Assembly: GCA_051294905.1 (NCBI GenBank)
Contig: CM119372.1
Location: 31,932,001-31,996,000 of the forward strand
DNA length: 64,000 bases
From: Botryllus schlosseri
Taxonomy: Eukaryota
Direction of reading: 5' to 3'
Position 1 is the stretch's first letter. Every line of letters begins with the position of its first letter. Of the stretch, positions 50,505 to 63,588 are shown piece by piece. A program made the translations under genes and the position numbers. The notes beneath the pieces were generated by a model. It made no database searches. It had not been told where the DNA came from and saw nothing but the letters and a program-made list of their open reading frames with translations.

Positions 50505-53500
50505 GAGTCAATACACAGATTGACTCGAGTCGAGTCATTTCCGGATTTTGAGAAAATGACTCGAGTCGAGTCATCAGAAAATCATGACTCGAGTCATTAC
50601 AGCCCTGGGATTACCCCATTTTGAAAATTTATGTTTCACTTTTTGCTACTAACATGGATATATTGTGTAGCCTAGTGTGTGTCAAATCATTTAACGTGCT
50701 GTGAAAAATCATCCAGTCGCACAAGTGCCAAGGTAGATAGGGCATTTGAATTCAAAGTGCTCGAGGCACAGTAAATGCCGTCTTCCACCCCAATGAAGGT
50801 TATTCAATTCAATTTATTGCTAAAAATTTTATCATTTCAATACTCCACAGGACTGCGATACAATGAAAGGAAGGTGTCGAAACGACTTGGAGTAGTCTTC
50901 GAAATCAGACACCCACCTGGCCTAGGCGATGTAAATAAAGCACAATGGGCTTATAGAGAACAATCGGCGGTGGCATGTAGGCCTACTCTCTCGGATGATT
51001 GATGCAATAAAATTTATTTGATGCCCTGAATTGTCCCCTACAGGGGATATTTCGGGTTCATATAATTACACTGCTTCGATGGATTGCATTTCGTGCTACC
51101 CTCTCGACACCATGACAATAGCAAAGGCTACTATCGCATGCGCTAACTCTACACTCGTTGAAGATCTCTGATCTAGAGTTCTAAACCGCCGGTCAGCAGC
51201 ACCTTCTGTGACAGTCCGCCAGACATATTACAGTTTTATATCTGAACTGATGAATGCTCGGTGTTGAAACCTTGTTCATTATTTGGTTAAAGAAATAAAA
51301 CATTATTTTAAGCCGATTTCGATCCTCACCATTTTAATAATTTGCAGCATTGTGACATAAAATAAAGTAGCCTACATTGGCTACTTAGGACTCAATCGTA
51401 AAGTTTATTATTCGTCAGCCAAAATACCATATCAATGATTTTGATACTCCGTTCGAGAAATGCAAGCTATAAACCGGTAGGTCTATAGGTTTTTGCCAAG
51501 TGAACGCATACTGTGGTGTGTCGATGTTACAGGGTTAGGTCATGAGAGGGTAGGTGCCCGGTTAGGTCACGATAATAACTTCTATGGCCCTTTCATTCTT
51601 TCGATAACTGAAAAGCTATAGAGAACGTTAGATTTGCTTGGGGGTCAGCTGTAGAGAAATGTGGGAGATCTTGATATTTATCGCGAGAAAAAAGTTTGAA
51701 CATACCGGTTTATAATACACATCCGATGACGTGACGGTGATGAAATCCTGTAAGGCGCTTATGTAACACGCTTGCTAGACTGAAGGGACCGCATTTGGTT
51801 CAAAATAATCAATTTTAAATTTGGTCGGATCAAATTTTAGAAAAAAATGACTCTTTCATAACGCTGCATACTTTTGTCGTAGTTGGATTTAGAGTTTATC
51901 ATGATTTTTGCAGGTCCACTGGTTCGCCTAGTAATTTTTTATTTATTTTACTGGTCCAGTGGTCAGGATGCTATGAAAGGTTGAGAATCACCGCTCTCTA
52001 TTTGTGCTAGTGGGGATGACCGTCACATTGTCAGAATATGCTATTTTGACCAACAGAATTTCACCCTCTGATAACGCAGAGTTTTCCACCCTTGCCCATG
52101 TGCTGGATCCTGTAATTCAGTGCTGTCACAGCTATCATCTTACCAGTGCTTAGGCCAATATAGGTGTCGTGACAGGTCGAATGGAAGAACGCTTATTGAA
52201 GCATTTTGAAATGCTGACATTGATTTCAGTTTTAAGATATTGTTGTTGTTATACCAAATAAGCTATTATTCTGTGCCAGACATCAATATTCCTCACTAGC
52301 TGAAACGTCTTCGGCGATGCCAACTGCATTCCATCGATGTAATATCAGCAATATGAATGGGCAATTGGGCATATTCTTTTGAAGTGAAAGAGCTCAGACA
52401 TTGCCATGACCAAGACGCTAAGAAAGCGACTTAGGGCTTCCCCACCAGATCAAGCAAAGTTGCGACGTGATACTCTTACAGCTGGTAGTGTCTCACTAGC
52501 ACCAATATAGATCCCTCAGTCGCCAAAAGGCTCTGTCAGTGTCAGGTATTGTGCTCAGCTTGCAGATGAAATTGATGATTATGATTCTTTGTGTTGTACG
52601 TGTATTTTTTTAACAAAATATTATATATATTTATGGTAACTGCCTATCGCCCACGTTAGAGAGCACAGCGTTGTACTGACATAAAGTTTTAACAACTTGA
52701 TTGCTAAACGGTGTGGCCTCTTTTGTCTCGTTATTGCATTTTTACAGGCCTCGGCCTCCATGAACTTTGAAAAAAAAGTGGCCCGCGAGCCATTTTTAGG
52801 TGGTGACCACTGTTGTAGAAGCAGAAGTTCTGGACGAGAACTTTTTAATCAGTGTCGATGTAGAATACTTGTTGACATGGGTCTTGCATCAATAGAATAT
52901 TTGCATGCCTCTTTGATGTAAAATGTTGACTTATCATAATAGCGCTGGCATTCTTTGACTTCCGTACATAAGCAATAAGCATTTATAGTTTGTTATTCAC
53001 CACTAATCCCTACTTGCAAGCTTACCAATGACACTGTTGCAATATCCAGCAAAAAATTTACCTAGGGTGACTATTGTGCAATATTATTAGCAGAAAGGAG
53101 TGTTGGAAAATGTTATTTATAGAATGTGGGCTAGTGTAGGCAAACACAGCAAATCATGGGAACTGCTTATTTCAAAAGTGTTTGTATTTAAGACTGACTA
53201 GACTAGTGCCTAAAATTTATGTTGATGTCATCATCAGTTCTCCACTTGTAAATTCATGACCACCATTCCAAGCGATGTAAAATAGGCCTATGTCTTGGTC
53301 ATGGTCATAATATAGTCATCCAATACACACTACTTTGTAATCAATTGCAACTCATGTGCAGATCTACTTTTTGGTTAGCCTTCTAGTACCTAGTACAAGC
53401 AGTTTGACACCAAATTACACACTTGAAATGGTTTATTATTAGCATTACTTACTGTTACGGTATCATAAAATTTGATTTTGGCATGAAATTTAAAATGTAT

Positions 53501-54488
53501 ATATGGAAATGGATTATTGAAACTTTCGATGGATTTTATTCATCGTGTGAACTTTGACCTACGAAAATGTATTTATGGTTAGAATATGAAGCTCTGGTAC
53601 TTTACAGCCCTGGGCGGGACATGAAAGCATCTGGAGGGGGTGCGAAGCTGCCGTAAACTGAAACACCAGATTATGGTGATACTCTGTGTTTTGTCCGATT
53701 TCCATATTTGCGAATCCTCATCAGCAGTCATGATAACCTTCCATTCCATCTAACTATCTTTTGGGATTGCTATCATTCTGGTTGGATTTTGTGATATGAC
53801 GATAAGGGGGGCGCAAAGTTTTTCACCAGCATAAAGGGGGCGTGTCTAAAAAACTTTGGAACTACTGCTCTACCTACAGCATTTGGATTACAAAATCTTC
53901 AATTTCAGTCGACACACTCTAGTTTCATCTGTAGGCTTGCTGGTGTCAGTATCAGAAAACACACAGCTGTCTCGTTCACTGTTCCAATGTCAAAATCGGT
54001 GTACTATCTTTTCATGGTATTAAAATCACACAGGGAAAGTCAGAAGTTGTGTCTAGAAAACATTTAATGTGCCAGGGCTCCTTCGTTACTTCCTACTACT
54101 AACACAGTGATACATATCAGTCCCAACACAGCAGTGGCAGCTGCTGACTGGTATTTCCATCTACAGGAAATCACCTGATTTAGCATTACCTCATAAAATT
54201 CTATTTTTCTGTCTCTTGAAAAATCCCAAGGCGTGGGCTCTCTCTTGGGAGTTCCACCAGAATTTACCATGCCATGTTTCTCTTGACAATTTTTATTTAC
54301 TTTTCTGTAAGTATAAACTATAATGAAGTGGCACTGTTTAGAGATGAAATTGACTAGTTTACTCATCATGCTGTGTAATCATTAATACCTCTCTTGTTAT
54401 GATAGAGGTCTTATAGATCACTAATATGTTCTTAAACCATGTTTTTCACTGCAAAAGAATGGATTTTGATTCAAATATTCCATATTTG

Positions 54489-54750
54489 AAGAGCTTCTTG
54501 AGGTACAGTTTATTTAATATACTATTGAATAGTATATTCATATTGAAATGAACCTGTATATTTTATGCTGACACTCGTTAGGGGTAATCCTCAGAAACTA
54601 GTAGAGAATTGGAAAAAACATTGTTTATCATTGTGTAACTTTTTATTATGTGACTTTCCAATCCTTCACTAGTTGCTGACGATTGCCCCTGACGAGTGTC
54701 AGTCGAAAATATTCGGGTTCATTTCAATATCACTATGCTATTCAATATTG
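54489..54750. mobile_element. Penelope-like pLTR remnant as an inverted pair
   Basis: Homologous to 9759-9865 and 10100-10205; the two arms are reverse complements. Confidence 0.75.
54685..54718 (+). ncRNA. Minimal type I hammerhead ribozyme
   Basis: GCCC-CTGACGA-GTGTCAGTC-GAAA-ATAT-TC-GGGT. Confidence 0.7.
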
Positions 54751-57700
54751 TGGAATGAACATATGGTTAAGGTTTGGACATAAGCAATCAACTGTGCAAT
54801 CTTTGGTTGCCTGAGGCAGCAGTGTCCATCTATTTTTATGATCCCATAGTGCAGCGGTTTGGTTGAAAAATGGGAGGTTTAGGTGGCTTTAACTTGTGTC
54901 TAGCTGGGCCACTTCCATTTTTGTCTACTTACAGCTACTAACTTGCAAAATGGCTCATATCTATCCAGTCTGCAACACGGTATTTGACATAAGATATGCA
55001 GCAGCAGTTGTAGGCTACTAATGCGTATTTTTATAATCATTCCTTTTTTGCCTCTCGCTATGTTTTACTTGTAAGCTAATGTATTTTCCATTTCTTTCAC
55101 CATTTTAAAGTAACATTTTCGTGACTTGAAAGACGTTCACGTTGGAATTCACGTATTGATCGAAAAGAGCGCAATTCACCAACAGCATTCTTCATCATAA
55201 CTAATGACTAGGTATACTTTTGGAGTGGTAGTTCTTCCTACTACTTCCATTCCACGTTATCAACGTCGCTGACCCCACACGAGTTGTTAGCTTCCCAAGG
55301 CTAACCTTTGCGCAGTTTTGAACAAACGTATCGTAATTTGACTACAATGTGTCTAATAATATTTTTCGCTTTGCATGCAATATTCCATCGCTGGCGTCGT
55401 ATTAATTATAGCGCAAGGGGATGTTCAAGGCCTGGATAAACGGTACTTTGTTCGATCATTATTGCAATTAAATTTGTAAATTATAGGGTACCCTGTAGCT
55501 TTACTTCGGTTTATCACTGGTTTTTGCTCGCTGGTTATGATATGGTAATCGACATCACCTTTTTAGCAAATGCGGTCATATATCCCGACATTTGTTTTGC
55601 GTTTCATAAATTTGCAAGCAATGCGGCTTGATGACGTTATTTACAATACGTGGAATGTCACCGAAACATTTCATATCTGCCACGCTGTGTCACTTGACCG
55701 ATTGCTGACACTGCTGAAAATTTATTTGCGAGCCTGATGGATTCCCGTTTTCCGTTCCTAGAAGTAGAATATCCTTCAGATTCAATCCGTATCTTGCCTA
55801 GTTCATAACAGGGCCAAAATCAATGTAAGCGGTATTGATACGGCTAATAACGAACGCGCAGTTGCCGGTAAATGGGTCGAGGACCTCGATATATTTGATC
55901 ACTCTGGTGATACAGGATGTAAGCTGTGCTTCACCATAATCTGAGCCGATATGGCTTTTTTGGCGCCGTGGTGACGAGTTTTTCATGAAGCTCTGCGGTT
56001 ATTTATGTTAGAATGTGCGGAAATAACGCCTTTATATACTAGGAAAGTACAGTGCCGGTAAAGAAAATGATAGGGCTACTAATGCTTGCCGATAGCGCAG
56101 ATGACGCTCTGTGACTTTACGCGCCGAAACCAGTATTTCTTGCAGCCTTCTGAGGAATAACAATTGAATACTTATTGAGCTGTTGCATTGTATACTTGAC
56201 AAAATTACCGTCAAGGAATATCACTCGCTTATGTGAAAGTTTTTGCTCAAGCGACCATGTAAGTTTGATGACCTGATTTCATTGAAGCGCTAGAAGTAGA
56301 TGTTCGCTAACACGGGTGTTGACCTTTTTTAGTCAGCTACAACTAATGAGTCATTTGTCGATTTTTTGAATTAAATTAAAACACAGCAAGCTTGACTTTT
56401 GAAGCGTCTTTCGTTTTATACCTACGCCGTCTTCACTTAGTTTTGCCTTCATGGGTAAATAGGTTGTGCGTTTCAGATATCATGGATATTGTCCTTGTCT
56501 TCCGATATTTGAATATCGTGATTGTACTGCGTATTGGATTTGAAAAGGCTGCGCGAGAAATTTATGGTCGCTGCAGTCTTATCAAAATAGTCATAGCATT
56601 GGTATTGCAGTGCCTGATACTAGCTGTGGTTATGCTGCTTGTCTAGCGTGTACTATATCTGTCGACTGGCGTTGCCTAGTAAGATGGGTGGTTTTTCTAT
56701 TTGGACTCCGATAGCAAGGATTTGGATTTCAGATTCTAGCGAAATGGGATTGAAAGGGTTCAAGTACAGACGGAAAGATTATTTCAACACAAAATATTTC
56801 GCACCAATCCATAGCAGGATTTAGATTTTAAAACATTGAATTCGCTCGCCTCTGTTAATAATAGCGCCAAGCTATCTATATGTTCGTGACTTTCTTCCAT
56901 ATATCCTGATTTGTGATGTCGACTGTTGTGGGTTATTTTTAGAACCCGCAGCTGATACCTCAGTATTAGGTCCGGTGCACTCGATAGCTGGTAGATAATT
57001 ACAAAGTTGAAAGTTTAGGCGCACGCCCATAGGCTTCATTTTCCCCAAGCTGCCTTATGTGCAATTGTGCACTGGTGCACTGATTGTATTGCGCTGCAAC
57101 CTTCGGTGTTTGTTCTCGGACCATTTTTGCTTACTGCCCGCCATCTCAAAGGTAGTACGTCATCATTTTTCTGGATTTGAACTCGTTTCGCAGCGTGGCC
57201 AATGCGTAGCGCTTAATCAGTCCCGTTCCTCGATAGGCTTTGGCCAAATGTTTGTCGCCCTGTGGCACGGTGCGTTGTTATTTAGAAAATCGCAATGCCC
57301 ATGCGATGGAAACTGCGTACCGATTTTATGCAGTAAAAATGCAAGTCAGCGAAGGAGTTGTGGAGCCGCGTCAGGCGAAATTACGGTAGTAAATACGCGC
57401 CTGCTAGATTTTGCTTTTCGCAACTGCCGCCTACAGATGAAGTATCTAATTCACTGGTGGCTACCGACCGGAATAACTTCGACTTAGCGATTTAGGGTGA
57501 CATCACAGTTTTCTCTGTCTTACGTGTATGCCTTGATTGCGCGTTCATTTTCTCCAGTTTGAATTCGCTACAATGATCCATTTTTTCATTTTGTCTTGCG
57601 CAAATTAAAATAAGGGAGATTTCGCGATGGAACCGCTGTGAATAGATTAGATATGGCCTCGCAACGACGACTGTGCACATTATTTTTAATCTTCTTTTAC

Positions 57701-60700
57701 TGAAACCGGCTTTGAGTTCCGTACTCCGTATTACTCTGGATTGACATATTGCGAATGTGGATCCAGTTCAACTAAATTGCGTATTTTCGTGTTCCCATTT
57801 TCGGCGAATAGTGATAGTCGCCATTCTGTTTTCCAGCTCGTTAGCAATGCTGATACTGTTTTTAGAAATGGAAACTCCTCATGCTTCAGCCCCGTAATAC
57901 GCTGCCAAATTAGTAAAAGCAGCGTTTTTGAAAAGGAGGTTCGTGAGTTCCGTGATCCTAATTTCACGTAACTTCAAATTTTTTTTCACCGTGAAAAGTT
58001 TTGGTCATGGATTCGCATGCATGCTATTTTAGTCGCCACTGTCGCTTATAGGTTTGGTTTAGTCTGTGCATTTTTTCGGTCGCTCTGGAATTCCTATCAG
58101 ATTACTAAATCCTGATCCTGCACATCTCGTCGGTGTGTTTCGTAAGAACATGGGACCAACCGACCTTGTAATGAATGATAACTTGTTATGACTGACTAGA
58201 CCTGAATTTCTATACCGTTCGTAAAACCTAATGAGAAATACATTCATATCGAGTTCCGTGGGTTCACGAACACATGGTGTTTGAGAAATAACTTTCGCTA
58301 TATTTGTGCAGTAACTCCATTATAAATAACTGTTGTATTCCTGTCAGCACTTTTTTTTAATCTAATAATCCAAAATATTATGACATAACGCTTATATAAC
58401 GACACGGAAAGACGGGAGTTGTACCGGGAACCAAGTTTGGTCGGGAATGTATGCAACATATTTTTGCGTACGCGCCGGCTATGTTAAGCATCTAATTACA
58501 TATTTTTCGCGTGACGTAGCATCTATATGAAACGTGCGGTATCAGGCGTGTTTCTATTTTTGGACAGTCTTCTATAGGATGTATTTCAAGCGTGTCGTTA
58601 CTCGTTACTAGTACATTGGTTCTTATCATAGTATCGACGCTATGTAGGTTACCTTTGTTGTATCAGAATCTTTTTATGTGCATGGATATAATTTGAGGGG
58701 CGGGTAATTTTGGTACGACGCGGTTCAGAACAATGTGATTTAAACGGTCCGATGGTGTGATTAAGAATTCTCGTGTGCTGCAAAGCGAAAAAAGGGCACG
58801 TACACCGCTAAAAGTTCGAGTCTTTCATTAGTCCCTGTGATTGGTTGTGATTTTTTCTGATATCTACCACGTATGGTTTGTTGTGTTTAGCGATACTTTC
58901 CTGTTTAGAAATCACCGTGACTAGCGCGCGTAAAAATCACTCTGTGACTAAGGTCCTGTGACGCTTTCCGCAGGGAGGCGGCCACCAATTTCGCTCTGGT
59001 AATGTATGATTCTTGGCGTGTTTTTTTGAGCCCAGTGTAAATACGGCTGTGTTTTTTACGGGCCTCCTCGAGCCTTTAACCCGTATTTATATTGCGCGTT
59101 TTTTGCTTTGTTTCTTTACGAGCACACAGCTCTTAGTGGGAGTTAATGGGTTATATCGAGGTTGTGTTTAGACTGCGCCGTTTTTGCTGTGTGTTATATA
59201 TCGCAAACTATCATAACTCTCATATTACGGCGCTGCGTCGCGTTTGAGTCAGCAGGGCGATCGTCTTTGATGAGACTGCGTCTTGTCGAAGGTCGATTCG
59301 GGTATTAGTGGAAGGTCTGTGTCTCTTGCCGGTTACTTTGCGATCCCAAGGGATAGATAGAAGCGAATTTCCCTTGAAAAAAAAAGCAGTAGAACGCTCT
59401 GTTGCCAGACTTGCTGCCGTGTGGTTATTTTTAAGCCTCGATTAGAGTGCGTGCGACGTAAGCGCGTTCAGTACAGTATCTAAACGCTTTGGAAGCTTGC
59501 AATCGACATTGTCTGCTCCACATATGTTTCTGTATCACTTCCGCGTAAGATGAGCGAGATGGCAGCGTAGCTAATTGCAGTTCGCCCGCAGAATATTTGC
59601 ACCTCAGGTCGAATACTGTGATGATGTTGTGTGCTAGTGTGCAGTGCTTATAGCTCTTGACCATTCGGAGCTTTTACGCTATGTGTCTGGAATGAGTATG
59701 TGTAGCACACCAACGATGCTATTGTGTATGCTTGCATGTAGCAGTACCATCGCTTCGAGTTTAATGGGTGTTTTAGCGTGACTCACGAAGTCTGTTAAAA
59801 AGCATGGCTATTGGAATGGAAGCTATCAATTAATACCGCTTTGCCAGGTGAGATGATGTTAAGCACCGAATCCGATTCATTGATTCGTATTATCCATCCC
59901 TGTTGCATTGCCAAGTTGTAATAAGTTAGGTCGCTTTATCATAATTCAATTGATACGTACGATCCCCGATTCAATTGATACGTACGTCATTTTTGCACAT
60001 CACTTGCGCATGACGGTCGCGGCCTAGTTTGCAAATAGTCGTATTTGCATCCGGCTAATCTAAGGACCTTGATATAGTCGCAGTGTCCTTATCGCCTACG
60101 TTCACGTCTAGTTCCAAAGGGGATTCTTGTTCATGACAAAGAATAGGCATAATTGCATCTAGCGTCGTAAGATCACTGTGTCATGCAAATGAATAGTAAG
60201 GTAGCTTGTCACATGAGTGCCGAGTCTATTTACATTTTTTCAGGATCATGACTGACTTTTATGTAACTTCTGCCGGAAACGCGTGGCTTATTATGCGGTT
60301 TTGTACATAGTGGCTCGTAGCCTTGTACCGTTGTATCTTAGAATGACTAACGCTAACAAGGGTCGTTGGACAATTATGAATTTCAGCTATATTGTTTTTC
60401 AATGTTTCGATTTCTCCGTTCTCTTGGTCGTGTTTTGCGTGCAATAACTCCCGCGTCATCACATTATCAGACTCCCGTACGCGGTATCGATTTTCGTAAT
60501 TTCCAAGGTCAGCAGTTTGAAACTCTGCGCGATGCAGATGGATAACCGCTCTAAAATTTATGAGATCAACTCACAGCTCACCAGCTGACTGTGAAGTGCC
60601 GGAGAGGGAAAAGTTGTAAATAGTGCCAGCACGGCTAACGCTATGCGACATAACCTTTTCCAGGGCGGGTTATGTTTTAACGACATCTTTCTGCTATTTT

Positions 60701-60805
60701 AGAATCCGCTATTGTAATGTACTATCGTGGTGGGTGTTTCTAATATAGTCTACGCTAACACACGGGACTGCTACAAGGATATGCGATACACGTGACTGCG
60801 CCGCT

Positions 60806-63588
60806 ATGAGTAGGAACGATTATTTTTACCCGCGGATATCGGAGCAATTAGAGCGGTGCTTGTTCAAGTCTCCGCTGTCGCGAAACAAAGCAAGCCAGGA
60901 ATTTTTAGCATCGCTCAAAAATTTGGCGGCTAGGCCTACCGAGTTGGCGGACAGCGCGAAGCCAAATTCGAGCGCATCAACCCAGTCTCCTCCTTCTTAC
61001 GCGTTCGGCGGTAATGACTTCGCAACCTCGTCCCGTTCTGGCGGATTACTCAATCCTGCGAACTCCACAAACCATGTCTGCAGGGTGTGCGCCAAGGTTT
61101 TCAGGGCCAGCAGCCTGTTAGACATTCACATGCGCGTGCACGTCGGCGCTAAACCGTTCGGGTGCCCGATATGCGGGCACAGAGCCACGCAGAAAGGCAA
61201 CTTGAAGTTACACATGAAAAAGCACCACGGCGCAGACTTACCGCCGCACATAGACCTTGTGCCGGACAGCGGCATTTGGGGTCATCATCAGGAAAACGTA
61301 GCGACTCCGTCTGGGCTCGTGGCGGACGCTGACGGGAAGCATAAACAAGTGGCGCAGGCCGTTAGCTCTCTGCTCAACGAGGAAGTAGTTGAACTCATTA
61401 AGAAATATCAGAACGATGTAGGCCAGGCCGCGACCGGTACCATTACAGAGAGCCTCGAGGACTTTATCCGCATTGCGCATGATAGAAAAAAGGAAGAAGC
61501 CGGAACGATTAGGCGGTCGAACGGCGACAAGAAACAGAGTCCGGCTGTTGCATTTTCCGTGAGATTTCACCCGTATTCCGCGGATAACCGTAAAGGTGCG
61601 CGAGGCGAACTTGAACGCGCCAATGTCAAGCCATTCCCCGATTCTTTTTGCGTGATATGCGGAAAGCACTGTGCCGCCGGAGACGGCGCGCTTACGAGAT
61701 TCGCGAAATCGCCCGAGATCGCTTTGTGCGACGCGTGTCTGTCGAAACGCAAAGTCAAATCGCTGAAAGCCAACTCTTTTCGAGCTACCTCTGTTAAAAA
61801 CGACGGTTCGTATCAGCGCCAGTCTCACCGCCAACCTGACGACTCTTCAAATCGCTGTATCCAGGCAAAAGCCAGCTCTTGCCTTTCCGAAAAGGAAAAT
61901 TTCCTTTCCCTACTTAACTTAACCGCGGCCAGACCTGCGAATCGAGATAACGGCTGCATAACCGAGCGTCGCGACATTAAAACCGAAACGGCAGAAACCG
62001 AGCTACTTTCAAACAGCGGAGATAAAGTCACAGAACAGGAGTCGCGAGTCGCGTGTAAACGGGAAGGTATTAGATCCGAAGTATCTGCTGCTCTACAGAG
62101 AAAAGCCAGCGGCAACGTACTTGACGCCTTGCGTAAGACTGTCATGAGCACTATCGATCACAAAAACGCCATGGAACCCCCATCCGACACGTTTACCTAC
62201 CGCAACCCGGCTATGCAAAACCTCACAAAAATCGGGCAAATCTTACCCGACAAGCCGCCCGCCGATACTCGCAAGCCAAAACAAGCGAAACCAGCGGGCC
62301 AAGGCGACCTTCAATGCCCCTACTGCCCGAAAGTGTTCAAATACAGAAGCGTGCTGGAAATCCACCTGCGTTCGCACACCGGCGAACGGCCCTACAAATG
62401 CCCGCACTGTGACTACGCCGGCACGCAACACAACTGCCTAAAACTACACCTGCAACGGCACCACCCCGCTAAAGACCTCGTCAGTCGCGCCGAACTAGTC
62501 GCCGCGGAACCGCACGATTACGGTAACCGCGGCAACGGTCCGTATCCCGTGAATTGCCCGGTATGCGGACGCATGTCGCCCTCTCTAGGCTACCTCAAGA
62601 TTCACATGCGATGCCACAAGAACAGCCTGGACCACGTTTGCCACATCTGCGGCCGCGGGTTCAAAGAGTACTGGTACTTGAGCACGCATTTGAGGACGCA
62701 CGAACGCGACGGCCACCACTTTGGCCCGTATTTCAAGCCTAGTGCATTTCGGGCTTTCGAGGGCTATGATACGCCGAGCTTGCCCGATTCCAAGCCGTCT
62801 TACAACTATCCGGCGGACTATTTTCGAAATTACATCGCAGCCAACGCGCATAATTACAGCGATTCGTCGATTCACGTTAAGAAGGAATATCCATCGCTGT
62901 CGCAAACGTCAAGTGCCGGTAATCCGTCTTCGCATAGCTTTGTCGAAGATGTGACGAAGACTGCAAGTTTAGTGGCTTCCGGCTCGCGCCGGCGCAAACC
63001 GGTTCACCCGTCTCGCGTGGTGTCGTCGGCACATGTGGCGAACGAATCATCTCCCGGAATAGCTCCGAAAACCGTACAGGTACGATACGGTCCCACTATC
63101 TGCATGCATTTAGGTATTGAGTTACCTCGGATTTTTTACCTTGCGTTTTTTTGTTTGCAGGCCAATGCGTCGGATTCATTCGTAGCAATTGCGTCAGGTA
63201 CGTGTTCGAATGCATGTAGTACCGTAGGTCGTCAGCAACGATGTGCTTCTAATTTTTTGAAGTACTCCAATAGTATTTTGCCTACTTGTGCTTCGTAAGT
63301 GGTTGTGATTAGACTAGTTTTACGTCTACCTGAATAATATTAGGCTAACTGCCTGCCTTTTACATTCCAGCAAGTAAAACGTGCTTTGGGGATGAGTTAG
63401 CGTGATAAGCGTCATGTGTAATAGACATCGCAGTAACTGCTCAATGTATTTTCGAATATTTTACCTGCTTGTAGCGTCATTTCTCATTTTGCGTTAGTCG
63501 CACAGATGCGTCTTGCGGTTTGGAAAGTAGCCATCACCGATCAACTGCCAAAATTATGCGAACAACTCGCCCAAACATACTTTTCTAA
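60806..63588 (+). CDS. C2H2 zinc-finger transcription factor, ZNF536/ZNF219/ZNF217/ZNF516 family; exons 60806-63079, 63161-63197, 63506-63588 (last two tentative)
   Basis: Six C2H2 fingers including the family-typical CPICGHRATQKGNLKLH, RPYKCPHCDYAGTQ and CGRGFKEYWYLSTH. Donor CAG/GTACGA at 63080, acceptor TTTGCAG at 63160, donor at 63198, acceptor CACAG at 63505. Confidence 0.85.

Larger units (their letters stand above)
48706..50607. mobile_element. hAT MITE family A hosting two nested insertions
   Basis: CAGGGTTGTAA / TTACAGCCCTG; perfect TSD GGATTACC. Confidence 0.88.

Noticed and set aside
51243..51282. CTGATGA...GAAAC hammerhead-like motif
   Set aside because: Stem I and stem II do not pair in the required register.
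52150..52230. Possible Harbinger nuclease remnant (GRTLIEAF)
   Set aside because: Match too short and degenerate to support.
54064..54369. Possible minus-strand exons in a CpG-poor region
   Set aside because: Some splice-like signals, but the implied intron is only about 29 nt and I could not recognise a protein or build a consistent model.
57059..57487. 142-aa ORF upstream of the zinc-finger gene
   Set aside because: Non-ATG start, no recognisable motif, and no supporting splice structure.
61238..62905. Antisense ORFs over the zinc-finger exon
   Set aside because: Expected shadow ORFs of GC-rich coding sequence.
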